From the NCBI GenBank assembly GCA_050952625.1, contig JBMNLH010000008.1, positions 10,293 to 74,292 of the forward strand: a stretch of 64,000 nt of DNA, given 5' to 3'. Under the pieces are notes generated by a model. It saw only the letters and a list, made by a program, of their open reading frames with translations, searched no databases and was not told where the DNA came from. Origin of the DNA: Bacillota bacterium. Its GTDB lineage: Bacteria; Bacillota; Ch66; Ch109. Shown piece by piece: positions 50,131 through 58,976 of the stretch. Every line of letters begins with the position of its first letter. Within the stretch, counting starts at the first letter, position 1. The position numbers and the translations under genes were made by a program.

Positions 50131-50167
50131 CAATATTAAATTGGGCATCGCAACCTATCAAGGTAAA

Positions 50168-50192
50168 ATTCGACGCAAATAGTCAAATTCCT
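50168..50192 (-). promoter_or_regulatory. sigmaH-like promoter
   Basis: AGGA-17-GAAT; same spacing at 52749-52725 and 54576-54552. Confidence 0.55.
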
Positions 50193-50231
50193 TCTTTTCT
50201 AACAAAATAAATCCGAGCGGCAATGAGGTAA

Positions 50232-51125
50232 TTAACGCCCGGCAACATCTGCTGCTTCAACCTGACTCCAGATTAAGCCGTGCAGCAGATCGTGTTCACT
50301 GACAATTATTTTAGTTTGACCGATACTGTCCATTAGTTCTAGCAAAAGAGCGGTGCCGGCTAAAATGATATCCGCCCGTTCAGGCTGCAGGCCAGGTACT
50401 TGACGCCTTCCCTCTAGCGACAGGCCCGCGAGAAACTGATAGATCTTGCGCACTGCCTCTTGTTGCAGGACAAAGCCATGCACCAACTCAGGCTGGTAGA
50501 CAGTTAAACCTTGTTTAATGGCCGCCAGAGTAGTGATGGTCCCACCTACTCCGACTAAAGAAGAGTCTAGGCGACCCTGTAACCTTTCAATAACCTCAGA
50601 CCAGGTTTGCTTTACTTCTGGCGGTATTTGAGGACTTTCAGTTAACCGCACCGCGCCAACTGGCAGACTATAGACTGCTAAAGCACCTGATTCATCCCAA
50701 ATAAATTCAGTACTCCCCCCGCCAATATCCAATACAGTGGGGTCTAATAGACCGGGGAGACCGCGAGTTGCCCCGTTAAAACTCAATCGAGCTTCTTCTT
50801 CACCAGTAATCACGTCTATTTTTAAACCAAACTGCGCGGCACCCCTTAAGAGCTCCTCCGGGTTAAGCGATTCTCGCACCGCACTAGTAGCAACGGCCCG
50901 AAAACCATCAACCCCAATTCGCTTTAGCTCCTCACAGTAATCCCGGAGTACCTGAAGGGTTCGCTCAATAGCTTCCGGACAAAGGCAACGGGAACTACCC
51001 ATTCCTTGCCCGATCCGAGTCGTATGCAGACGAACCCCCAGCGTACGCAACTGATTATGCTGCACTTCAGCAATCAGTAATCGAGTAGAATTGGTACCAA
51101 CATCGATTGCCCCAAAAATCTTCAT
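50232..51125 (-). CDS. ppx: Ppx/GppA exopolyphosphatase
   Basis: AIDVGTNS, ATSAVRE, DIGGGSTE, RADII. Confidence 0.93.
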   Translation of the reverse strand: MKIFGAIDVGTNSTRLLIAEVQHNQLRTLGVRLHTTRIGQGMGSSRCLCPEAIERTLQVLRDYCEELKRIGVDGFRAVATSAVRESLNPEELLRGAAQFGLKIDVITGEEEARLSFNGATRGLPGLLDPTVLDIGGGSTEFIWDESGALAVYSLPVGAVRLTESPQIPPEVKQTWSEVIERLQGRLDSSLVGVGGTITTLAAIKQGLTVYQPELVHGFVLQQEAVRKIYQFLAGLSLEGRRQVPGLQPERADIILAGTALLLELMDSIGQTKIIVSEHDLLHGLIWSQVEAADVAGR

Positions 51126-51317
51126 AAGCTATGACCGGTCCTTTATTTCTATCTCCTAGACTGCTTTGAAAATGAGGATGCTGGTGTTTTTCAATCGGTC
51201 AGCCGGTTACTGGGAATAAAAAGTTACTGGGAACAAAATATAAAAAGGTTAAAGCAAAAAGTCCACTTCCAAATTATCGGAACCGGACTAATAAAACGTT
51301 CCTCCAGCCGACTCAAA

Positions 51318-51722
51318 CTAAAAACCTCTAGCTCCTCGGCCACCTCGTTTAGAATCAATATTTCTTTTTAGGGATGATTGCCGTTCGTCGCTTTCCTTCA
51401 TAAACTTGAGCAACTTATCTTCAAACGACTCTTGAAAGGCCCGTGAACCTCGTTCCCGTGGCCCTCGATCCCGAGTACCCCCGGCCGGTGCTGTAACCTG
51501 TCGGATAGATAACCCAACCTTACCCCGAGGGTCTACATTAATAATCTTAACTTTAATCCGATCATTTTGTTTGAGGTAATCGTTGACATCCCTAACGTAA
51601 GTATCGGCAACTTCCGAAATGTGCACTAGTCCAACCTGACCGTCGGGCAGTGTCACAAAAGCCCCAAAGTTCGTGATGCCTGTAACCACGCCCTCAACAA
51701 TACTGCCCACCATGATGGCCAT
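51318..51722 (-). CDS. yabR: S1 RNA-binding protein
   Basis: GITNFGAFV...GLVHISEV; synteny. Confidence 0.9.
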   Translation of the reverse strand: MAIMVGSIVEGVVTGITNFGAFVTLPDGQVGLVHISEVADTYVRDVNDYLKQNDRIKVKIINVDPRGKVGLSIRQVTAPAGGTRDRGPRERGSRAFQESFEDKLLKFMKESDERQSSLKRNIDSKRGGRGARGF

Positions 51723-51819
51723 AAACTAGAGATGCCCTCCTAAGCTAAGCACTTTGCATTTTTATTCTACTCAATCCGTTGAATTTGTCAAGATATAGCC
51801 CGCTCATTTTGCAAATTTG

Positions 51820-51957
51820 TTTATCCAGGTTCATAAGACCCTCACTTCGATAAGCCGAGGTTACCTTTATTTATACTTATTTATACTTATTTAAACTTCA
51901 GGTGGAGCAGAGTCACCGCGTGAGGTCCCGAGATACAACGAAGCTGGACGAGTTCAC
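51820..51957 (+). mobile_element. family A IS200/IS605-derived element, copy 4 (internal 10-bp tandem expansion)
   Basis: TTTAT...AAGACCCTCACTTCGATAAG...AAACTTCAGGTGG...GAGTTCAC. Confidence 0.7.
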
Positions 51958-51999
51958 TTTAGATGAACATTCTAGCTTTAAACCTCAAGCCTGGAACAG

Positions 52000-52422
52000 T
52001 CAGGGTTGCACCTTGATCAAAACCTGTTCCCCGGGTTTTATCAAACCCAGTTCCTCTCGGGCCAGCCTCTCTACCGCGGCTTCGGTCCCTAACCAGTTTA
52101 TCTGGTCCTGTAATTCTTGATTCTGGCTTTCCAATGTTTGTTTTCTTTCTTCCAGCCCGGCAATTCTTCCTTTAAGATCCTGGATGTTTTGGTAATGAGG
52201 CAGCCACCAATTAACGACCAAAAAACCAAAACCAATCAGAGCTGCCAATCCCCATTTCAGTTTAGGTGAAAATTTCCTTTGACTCCGAGTGCCTCTTCGT
52301 CCTTTTTGTCGCCGGGCCGTTAAACTCCGCCGCCGCCTAACCCGACTGGGGGACTGGTTTTCCCATAAACCGCTACTCAATATCCCCATCCTCCCGTTCG
52401 CCAAAGATGCCCAGATTATCAC
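52000..52422 (-). CDS. divIC: septum formation initiator (true start probably ~52380-52390)
   Basis: TM segment + coiled coil + VERLAREELGLIKPGE. Confidence 0.88.
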   Translation of the reverse strand: MIIWASLANGRMGILSSGLWENQSPSRVRRRRSLTARRQKGRRGTRSQRKFSPKLKWGLAALIGFGFLVVNWWLPHYQNIQDLKGRIAGLEERKQTLESQNQELQDQINWLGTEAAVERLAREELGLIKPGEQVLIKVQP

Positions 52423-52606
52423 CGGGTAAAACTATCACTACCTCATAACCTTTACCCCGGGCCCGGTTGAACAAGGTAGCCACTGTACCGGCACTTATCC
52501 CCAGGACCCGGGCGACTGCTTCATTGGAACGGCCCATTTCCTTAAGGGCTACTACTTGCCGCTCCCGGAAGCTGAGTTTTTCTACTCCCCGAATCTCAAT
52601 TTTCAC
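52373..52606 (-). CDS. small sigma70 region-4/LuxR-like HTH protein
   Basis: LSFRERQVV...AVARVLGISAGTV. Confidence 0.85.
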   Translation of the reverse strand: MKIEIRGVEKLSFRERQVVALKEMGRSNEAVARVLGISAGTVATLFNRARGKGYEVVIVLPGDNLGIFGEREDGDIE

Positions 52607-52763
52607 TATCTTTACCGCCCTTCATCGGCAAAGGCGTTGGTTTATCCACAGATATATCCACAACCTGTGTACAGTTTATATACAACTTTTATACAAATTT
52701 CTTAAAATCCCGAGTGCCAATGTTATTCTACATTTCATAAAATAATCCTGCTAGGACCGCAAA

Positions 52764-53270
52764 TTATTTTTTATAAGGTATTAATTTTTTAACTACTCGC
52801 CGGCAACATTGGGCTGCTCGCCTTACCGGTGTTAATAGTATCCTGAAGCCATTGCTAAACCGTCCTACTGGGATAATCATTAATCGGGCTAACCAAGCCA
52901 AACGGCGAATTGGCCAGCCAACTATTCGACCGATGAAACGTAAAACTCGACCAACCAGGCGGAGAACCCGGTTCAACAGCCGAATGAACAGCCGACTAAA
53001 CCACTTAAAGTATATGACTAGGCCTAAGGCAAGACCTAGAAAAACATAAGCCCGAACTTCTCCCCAATTTCCCAGAAAGAGAATTGCAAAGACAACTGCG
53101 GTTAATACCAGCCAAAATAACAAATCACCCACCTGGATCACCAGGCGGGGAGGATGAAGCAACCGATTGAGCACTCGATAAAAATCAAAGAAAACCCCCA
53201 TTAATATTCCTAGGGCAATCGTTAATCCAAAGGCTAAAAACTGTTGACTCAGCTCAGTCATATCCGCCAC
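52764..53270 (-). CDS. yabQ: spore cortex protein YabQ
   Basis: FDFYR, DLLFW, NWGEVR; synteny. Confidence 0.9.
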   Translation of the reverse strand: MADMTELSQQFLAFGLTIALGILMGVFFDFYRVLNRLLHPPRLVIQVGDLLFWLVLTAVVFAILFLGNWGEVRAYVFLGLALGLVIYFKWFSRLFIRLLNRVLRLVGRVLRFIGRIVGWPIRRLAWLARLMIIPVGRFSNGFRILLTPVRRAAQCCRRVVKKLIPYKK

Positions 53271-53543
53271 CTACCTGAGCAGTCGTTCGACAAAATTGCG
53301 GCTGCGGCCACCTCTACCCCCGCGATCATCTCGGTACTCAAGGGCATTGATCAATCCATCGACCGTCAATTTTCCGTCAGTCAGGTCAAGTTGAGTAATA
53401 TGCATTCCCTGACCTTTTAGGATCAGAGAGCCGAGTTTAGTATCCACCCAGATTTCCTTCTCATCAAAACTTTCTACACTTATAACTCCATTCAGGCTCA
53501 TCTGCTGCCGATTGCGCAGAGAAAGTCCATGCTCTTCAGTCAT
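53271..53543 (-). CDS. yabP: sporulation protein YabP
   Basis: GVISVESFDE...T.LG.L..KG. Confidence 0.92.
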   Translation of the reverse strand: MTEEHGLSLRNRQQMSLNGVISVESFDEKEIWVDTKLGSLILKGQGMHITQLDLTDGKLTVDGLINALEYRDDRGGRGGRSRNFVERLLR

Positions 53544-53661
53544 CGATTTCGCCTCCTTGGTCCCCAGTTTTTTGTCTTGTTTCCATGTTTATGCCAAGAT
53601 GGGCCAACCTATAACCGAAGGATCGGACTTTTTGATCTGAATCAAAAGACCCCCTATTCAC

Positions 53662-53907
53662 CTATCCTTCTAGCTCCCGATATAGCTCTCGGGCTTGATC
53701 CGCCCGAACGTTATCTGCCAGGGCCACGACCTCAACCTTTAGTTGACGGGGTCCAAAACCGATCACGATTGTGTCCCCCGGTTTTACTTCGGTAGCCGAT
53801 TTAGCCGGGCGGCCATTTACCTCGACCCGACCGGCATCACACACTTCTTTAGCTACAGTCCGGCGTTTAATCAGGCGAGAAACTTTGAGAAATTTATCCA
53901 ACCGCAT
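53662..53907 (-). CDS. yabO: S4-domain RNA-binding protein (RqcP)
   Basis: MRLDKFLKVSRLIKRRTVAKE. Confidence 0.93.
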   Translation of the reverse strand: MRLDKFLKVSRLIKRRTVAKEVCDAGRVEVNGRPAKSATEVKPGDTIVIGFGPRQLKVEVVALADNVRADQARELYRELEG

Positions 53908-53950
53908 AAGATCCCTCCAGTTCTGAAAATAAGCAGGCTTGCGTTTTAAC

Positions 53951-54081
53951 TTTTAACTCGGCTGCAAGCTGACGGGAACCAAAATATGATGTAAACCGTC
54001 AAGTGCTGACCTTTGTTAAAAACACAAAAAACACGGCACAATCGATGCTTGATTTTTTAACGGTGTTGCCGCATGAGGATC
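53951..54081 (+). repeat. dispersed repeat family B, copy 3
   Basis: TTAACTCGG...GGGAAC...ATGTAAACC..GCTGACCTTTGTTAA...GCATGAGG. Confidence 0.7.
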
Positions 54082-54216
54082 TACTCTGAAATAAGTAGCC
54101 TTAAACTATCATACTCCTGAACGCCAGGGATCTGAAGACCCGCAAAGATGTGAAAAAACAAATCAGGCTCGTAAAGAACCTGATGTCTGTCATGGTGCCG
54201 TTGTATCTATTCCTAT

Positions 54217-54513
54217 TTATATAGCTGTCGCAGAACCGTTAACCGCATCTTTTAGAGCTTTACCGGCTTTAAAAGCGGGAACTTTAGTTGCCGGAATCTC
54301 AATTTCTTCGCCGGTTTGGGGATTACGACCCTTGCGGGCTTCCCGGTCCCTTACTTCAAAGGTGCCAAACCCGACCAGTTGAACTTTGTCTCCTCTCGCA
54401 AGTGCTTCCTCAATTGAAGCAAACAAGGCATTAATGACTCTTTCAGATTCCTTCTTGGTTAAATCCGCCTTTTCGGCAACCGCACTGACCAGCTCGGTTT
54501 TATTCACTTCCAT
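54217..54513 (-). CDS. hup: HU DNA-binding protein
   Basis: [22 protein letters not shown]. Confidence 0.97.
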   Translation of the reverse strand: MEVNKTELVSAVAEKADLTKKESERVINALFASIEEALARGDKVQLVGFGTFEVRDREARKGRNPQTGEEIEIPATKVPAFKAGKALKDAVNGSATAI

Positions 54514-54599
54514 ACCCCTCCTGTATAGAAAGATTAGGTTACATGAGCATTATTCGCTAAATCAATAGGATTTCCTGCTATGTAACAAATTTTTTTGCA

Positions 54600-56132
54600 T
54601 TATTCTTTGTGTTTTGCCTCTTCCCACCATTGATCCATTTCCTTCAGAGTTAGCTGAAGCAGACTTCTTCCTTCCTTAATCGCCTTTGCCTCAATGTAGC
54701 CAAACCGCCTAATGAATTTATCAATCGTTCGGGTTAAGGCGGTTTCTGAATCGACTCCATAGAATCGAGCCAGATTTACGACCGCGAAGAGCAAATCTCC
54801 CAGTTCCTCAAATTTCTGGCTATGGCTCCCGTTTAACTGCGCCTCCTCCAATTCCCTTAATTCTTCCTTAACCTTCTCCCACGCCCCCTCAATTGATGGC
54901 CAGTCAAAGCCGACCCGGGCTGCCTTGGCCTGAACTTTTTGGGCCCGTAAGAGAGCGGGCAGCATCCGAGGAATACCGGAAAGATAAGCATTCGCCTCTT
55001 TAACTTCCTGTCGTTTGATTTGTTCCCAGTTAACCAGAACCTCTCCAGCTGACTCCACCTTCTCCTCGCCAAAGACATGGGGATGGCGACGAATCATTTT
55101 TTGGGTTATCTTCAGTATTACATCATTAATGTCAAAATATTCACGTTCCCTGGCCAAAGCCGCGTGAAATACGATTTGCAGCAATAAATCACCTAACTCG
55201 TCGGCCAACTTGTCCATATCTCCGTCATCCAGGGCCTCAATAACCTCATAGGTCTCTTCAATCAAATAAGGCCGCAGGGATTGGTGAGTCTGTTCCCGAT
55301 CCCAGGGGCAACCCCCAGGACCGAGTAAAGCATCCATTACCTTCACTAACGGATCAAGCGGGAATTCTGCCTCAGGATATCCCGGCTCAGGCTTTGGCTT
55401 CGACTCAGCTCTTGGCTGGGGCGGCAGATAAAGACTGGTCAAGTGATCGATCCAGGGTAAACGATCCAGTTCGTATAGGGGAACTTCGATCATTTTTTCC
55501 TCTTGAGGCACGCCAGCTGCCCGAACTACCCAGACCTTGAAGTCATCAGGGTAGTATTCCATCAGGGAGAGTTTGACTTCGGAGGCAACGCGCGGGTTAT
55601 AGACCTGAAGAATCAGGTTCGCCAAATCTGGCCGAGGCAGGTGCTCATCCAAGGCCAGTCCGTCCAGGATACACAAACCCCGAGTCGGATCAATCCCCAG
55701 GGAGGCATACACCGCCTCAACTCCGCTCATTGCCGGGATGATCTCGACGGTGATCGATTCAGCTTTTGCCCGATCCCTAAGGATTTCCACGGTCCTTTCC
55801 GCAACCAGGGGATGACCGGGAACAGCCAAGACCAGGCTGCCTTCTTCACCATCGACCGGGTTAGGCCCTGAATTTTCATGGTCAAACTCCTGCCTTGCTT
55901 CTTTGACCAAAATATCCACTATCGCTTGATAGACGTCTTCAAAAGTCGGTTTTTCCTCATACAAATAATCAAATGAGGTAAAGCAGAGCCCTCGATTTTT
56001 TAATTCCTGAACCACCGGATGCTGCTCGGTCCGAAAAAAAACCCGTCTGGCGGAATCTATTGCCTCCCAGCCCCGAACGGTTAATCCTTCCCAGGAACCT
56101 GGCCCCAAGCCGACGACAATTATTCGCTGCAT
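54600..56132 (-). CDS. yabN: YabN tetrapyrrole-methylase/MazG fusion
   Basis: VGLGPG, CPWDREQT, EELGDLL. Confidence 0.95.
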   Translation of the reverse strand: MQRIIVVGLGPGSWEGLTVRGWEAIDSARRVFFRTEQHPVVQELKNRGLCFTSFDYLYEEKPTFEDVYQAIVDILVKEARQEFDHENSGPNPVDGEEGSLVLAVPGHPLVAERTVEILRDRAKAESITVEIIPAMSGVEAVYASLGIDPTRGLCILDGLALDEHLPRPDLANLILQVYNPRVASEVKLSLMEYYPDDFKVWVVRAAGVPQEEKMIEVPLYELDRLPWIDHLTSLYLPPQPRAESKPKPEPGYPEAEFPLDPLVKVMDALLGPGGCPWDREQTHQSLRPYLIEETYEVIEALDDGDMDKLADELGDLLLQIVFHAALAREREYFDINDVILKITQKMIRRHPHVFGEEKVESAGEVLVNWEQIKRQEVKEANAYLSGIPRMLPALLRAQKVQAKAARVGFDWPSIEGAWEKVKEELRELEEAQLNGSHSQKFEELGDLLFAVVNLARFYGVDSETALTRTIDKFIRRFGYIEAKAIKEGRSLLQLTLKEMDQWWEEAKHKE

Positions 56133-56136
56133 CTTA

Positions 56137-57759
56137 TTATCCCCTTACCAATTTGAAATAACGTAACCAATCCGCCAACTGAGGCCCGATTCCCGGGATC
56201 ATTTCGATCTCCCGCTGCTCTATCCCGCCCAGGATCAGGATCCCCAAGCCATAAACCAGGGCCCCGGCTAGAATTATCGTTAATGTTAACAAGCCTTGAT
56301 TTGGCACCACTGGCTGCAGCCCTTGGTTTAATTGGGCGACCAATACCGCCATAATTGTAACCGCCAGGGCTGGTTTTAGCAAGAGGGCCCGCCAGGGGGG
56401 CGAGTAGCCAACTAGTTGGCGCAGGCTGACGATATTTAACCCAGCAGCCAGAGCAAACGCCGCCCCGGTCGCAATGCCGGCCCCCTGAATGCCAAACGCG
56501 GGATTAACCACTAACAAGTAATTTAAGATTACCTTGAAACCCGCAGCCAATAACAGGTGCCGCACGGGCAGACCGGTTCGGCCCATTCCTTGTAAAGAGG
56601 CGGAAGTAGCTTGATACAGTCCTAGAAAGAAAACTGCCGGGGCCAAAGCTTGCAGGGGCCAACCGGCTTCCGGCAGCCCATAAAGCAGGTCACTGATCGG
56701 AACGGCCAGAATATAAAACCCGACTGCGGCCGGTAACGTCACTATTCCCACTACCCGAATCGCCGTATTAAACCGCTGATATACCACTTCCATCTGCTGT
56801 CGGGCCATCGCGGACGAAATGGCCGGCACCAGGCTGGTCGCCAGCGCAATAGTAATCACCCCGGGTAGATTGATTAGGGTGCCGGCCATACCCGAAAGCT
56901 GCCCAAACAGCTCGGTTGCCTCCTGGGTCGTATAGCCGGCATCCTGCAGCCGCAATGGAACCAGAAAAGCATCCAGCGTCTGAACGAGCGGCATGACTAA
57001 AGCCCCTAGCGCAATCGGGAAAGCTAGGACCAACAATCTTTTTAGGAGCGAGAATAAGCCTTCGCTCAATTGCTCCGTGGCCAAGGTTGATTTCGGTTTG
57101 ACCGGCTGAAACCCGATAAATATTATGAGTAACACCAGCAGCCCGGCGGCCCCGCCGGTAACCGCGCCGAAAGTAGCCCCGGCCGCGGCATACTCAGGCC
57201 CCCGCGGCAAAAGCCACCAGGCCCCGAGCAGGACCGTAGCTACCCGGATGACCTGCTCAACAATCTGGGACAAAGCCGTGGGCAGCATTAACTGCTGCCC
57301 TTGAAAAAAGCCGCGAAAAACAGACATAGTGGCCGCAAAAAAGATGGCCGGCGAGATAACCATTAACGAATAAAGGGCTCGGGTATCGTGTAAGACCTGT
57401 TCCGCCAGGAAACCAGCCAAATGATATAAAACCCAGGACATCAGGAGTCCAAGAGAGGAAAGAATGAGTAAAGCAAGCCAAAAGACCCTCCTCATACCCA
57501 ACAGATCACCCCGGGCCTCTTTTTCTGATACCAAAACAGAGATAGCCACTGGGAAACCGGCTGTTGCGAGAGCCAGGACCATGGTATAGATAGGATAGGC
57601 CATCTGGTAAAGACCCATTCCCTCTGCCCCTACCAGACGGGCAAAGGGAATTCGATAGAGAATCCCCAACACCTTACTAATCAGGCCGGCCGCGGCCAGA
57701 ATCATGGCCCCATGCAGGAATGACTGTCGGGACAAGAGCGATAACCCCCTCCGCGTCAA
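56137..57759 (-). CDS. yabM: SpoVB/MurJ-family flippase
   Basis: LYRIP, GLYQMAYP, RGFFQG, SQIVEQ; synteny. Confidence 0.88.
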   Translation of the reverse strand: MTRRGLSLLSRQSFLHGAMILAAAGLISKVLGILYRIPFARLVGAEGMGLYQMAYPIYTMVLALATAGFPVAISVLVSEKEARGDLLGMRRVFWLALLILSSLGLLMSWVLYHLAGFLAEQVLHDTRALYSLMVISPAIFFAATMSVFRGFFQGQQLMLPTALSQIVEQVIRVATVLLGAWWLLPRGPEYAAAGATFGAVTGGAAGLLVLLIIFIGFQPVKPKSTLATEQLSEGLFSLLKRLLVLAFPIALGALVMPLVQTLDAFLVPLRLQDAGYTTQEATELFGQLSGMAGTLINLPGVITIALATSLVPAISSAMARQQMEVVYQRFNTAIRVVGIVTLPAAVGFYILAVPISDLLYGLPEAGWPLQALAPAVFFLGLYQATSASLQGMGRTGLPVRHLLLAAGFKVILNYLLVVNPAFGIQGAGIATGAAFALAAGLNIVSLRQLVGYSPPWRALLLKPALAVTIMAVLVAQLNQGLQPVVPNQGLLTLTIILAGALVYGLGILILGGIEQREIEMIPGIGPQLADWLRYFKLVRG

Positions 57760-58098
57760 AGTCTTCCCTTTATGTATATTTCTGGCACTGAGCCGAGTAT
57801 GCCTTTAAGTCCTTATAATTAGTAAGAACATGACACGTTCCTTATCGCTTGTTTTGTTTTCATCCATGGTTGTGCCTAGTCGGGCATGGGCGGTTAGACA
57901 AATTTAAAGGCGGCGTCAAAACCGCCACCTCTCATTAATCATAAGTAATTAAGTTTTATTCGGGGATAAAGCCCGTATTGAGTTATGCCAGATAATCATC
58001 CTTTCTTAGTATAATCAGAAAGTATCAGTGGACTTTCTGATTATAAGTAAGTGCAACTAGGGCTTCCGCCTGCGCCAAGGCTGAGGAAAGCCAAGTTT

Positions 58099-58671
58099 TT
58101 ATTGTTCCATCTGTTTGGCCAAAAAACCAGCAGCTGTTTCGGCCAACTTTAATTCCATGTCTCCCATTTTAACCCCGGCTTCTTTGGACATAATGATAAC
58201 TGCACCAATCGGGTCACCTTCAGAAATAATCGGGGCAATCACTTTAGCCGTTATTTTGCATACCTCGTCATCCTCAATGATTGAACAACCCTTACAATAC
58301 TGGTGTTCCCCAGCATTGTTAATCAGGACCGGTTTCCGTTCTTCCATTACTCGCTCAATAGCCGGATTAAGGGTCTTGTTTAAAAACTCCTTTTTCGGTG
58401 CTCCGGCTACCGCAATAATGTGGTCACGATCAGCGATGCAAGAGATATGGCCGATTGCTTCGTGTAGAGAGTCAGCGTATTCTTTAGCAAATTCACCTAA
58501 CTCTCCGATTGGTGAGTATTTCTTCAGAATAACTTCACCTTCACGATCCACGAAAATCTCAAGCGGGTCGCCTTCCCTGATTCTCAAGGTTCGTCGAATT
58601 TCCTTGGGAATTACTACCCGACCCAGGTCATCTATCCGTCTCACAATTCCAGTCGCTTTCATGAGTCGCAT
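58099..58671 (-). CDS. spoVT: stage V sporulation protein T
   Basis: MKATGIVRRIDDLGRVVIPKEIRR + GAF domain. Confidence 0.97.
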   Translation of the reverse strand: MRLMKATGIVRRIDDLGRVVIPKEIRRTLRIREGDPLEIFVDREGEVILKKYSPIGELGEFAKEYADSLHEAIGHISCIADRDHIIAVAGAPKKEFLNKTLNPAIERVMEERKPVLINNAGEHQYCKGCSIIEDDEVCKITAKVIAPIISEGDPIGAVIIMSKEAGVKMGDMELKLAETAAGFLAKQMEQ

Positions 58672-58976
58672 TATCCCTCCTTTTTCGCGCTTAACCCAGG
58701 AGAACTTTTCATTGATAGTATATAACCAGCTCTAAAGATTTATTCATTTTTTTCCATGGTATCCCTCAATAAGAAGGAAAAATGAACGGGCAGTTTTTAC
58801 CTGCCCTTCGACGATTTTCCTCATTAACCTAATAACTTCCTAAATTGGCATTATTTTTAGAAAATTAAAGTCCTACTTCGGAGACAGGGGGACCGGCAGC
58901 GGTCCCAGTTTAAATTGCTAGTATTCGTTTGTTTTTTCGCTTATGTTTTAACTAGGTCATGTGGATCCATGTGGAT

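Noticed and set aside
49963-50148. 61-aa ORF, or an SRP/NiCo-like RNA
   Set aside because: The region is better explained by the Moco motif and terminator; SRP and NiCo consensus elements do not fit
35839-58735. Long antisense ORFs (e.g. 35839-36513, 58115-58735) and other short overlapping ORFs in the track
   Set aside because: Shadows of well-supported genes on the opposite strand, with no RBS or motifs
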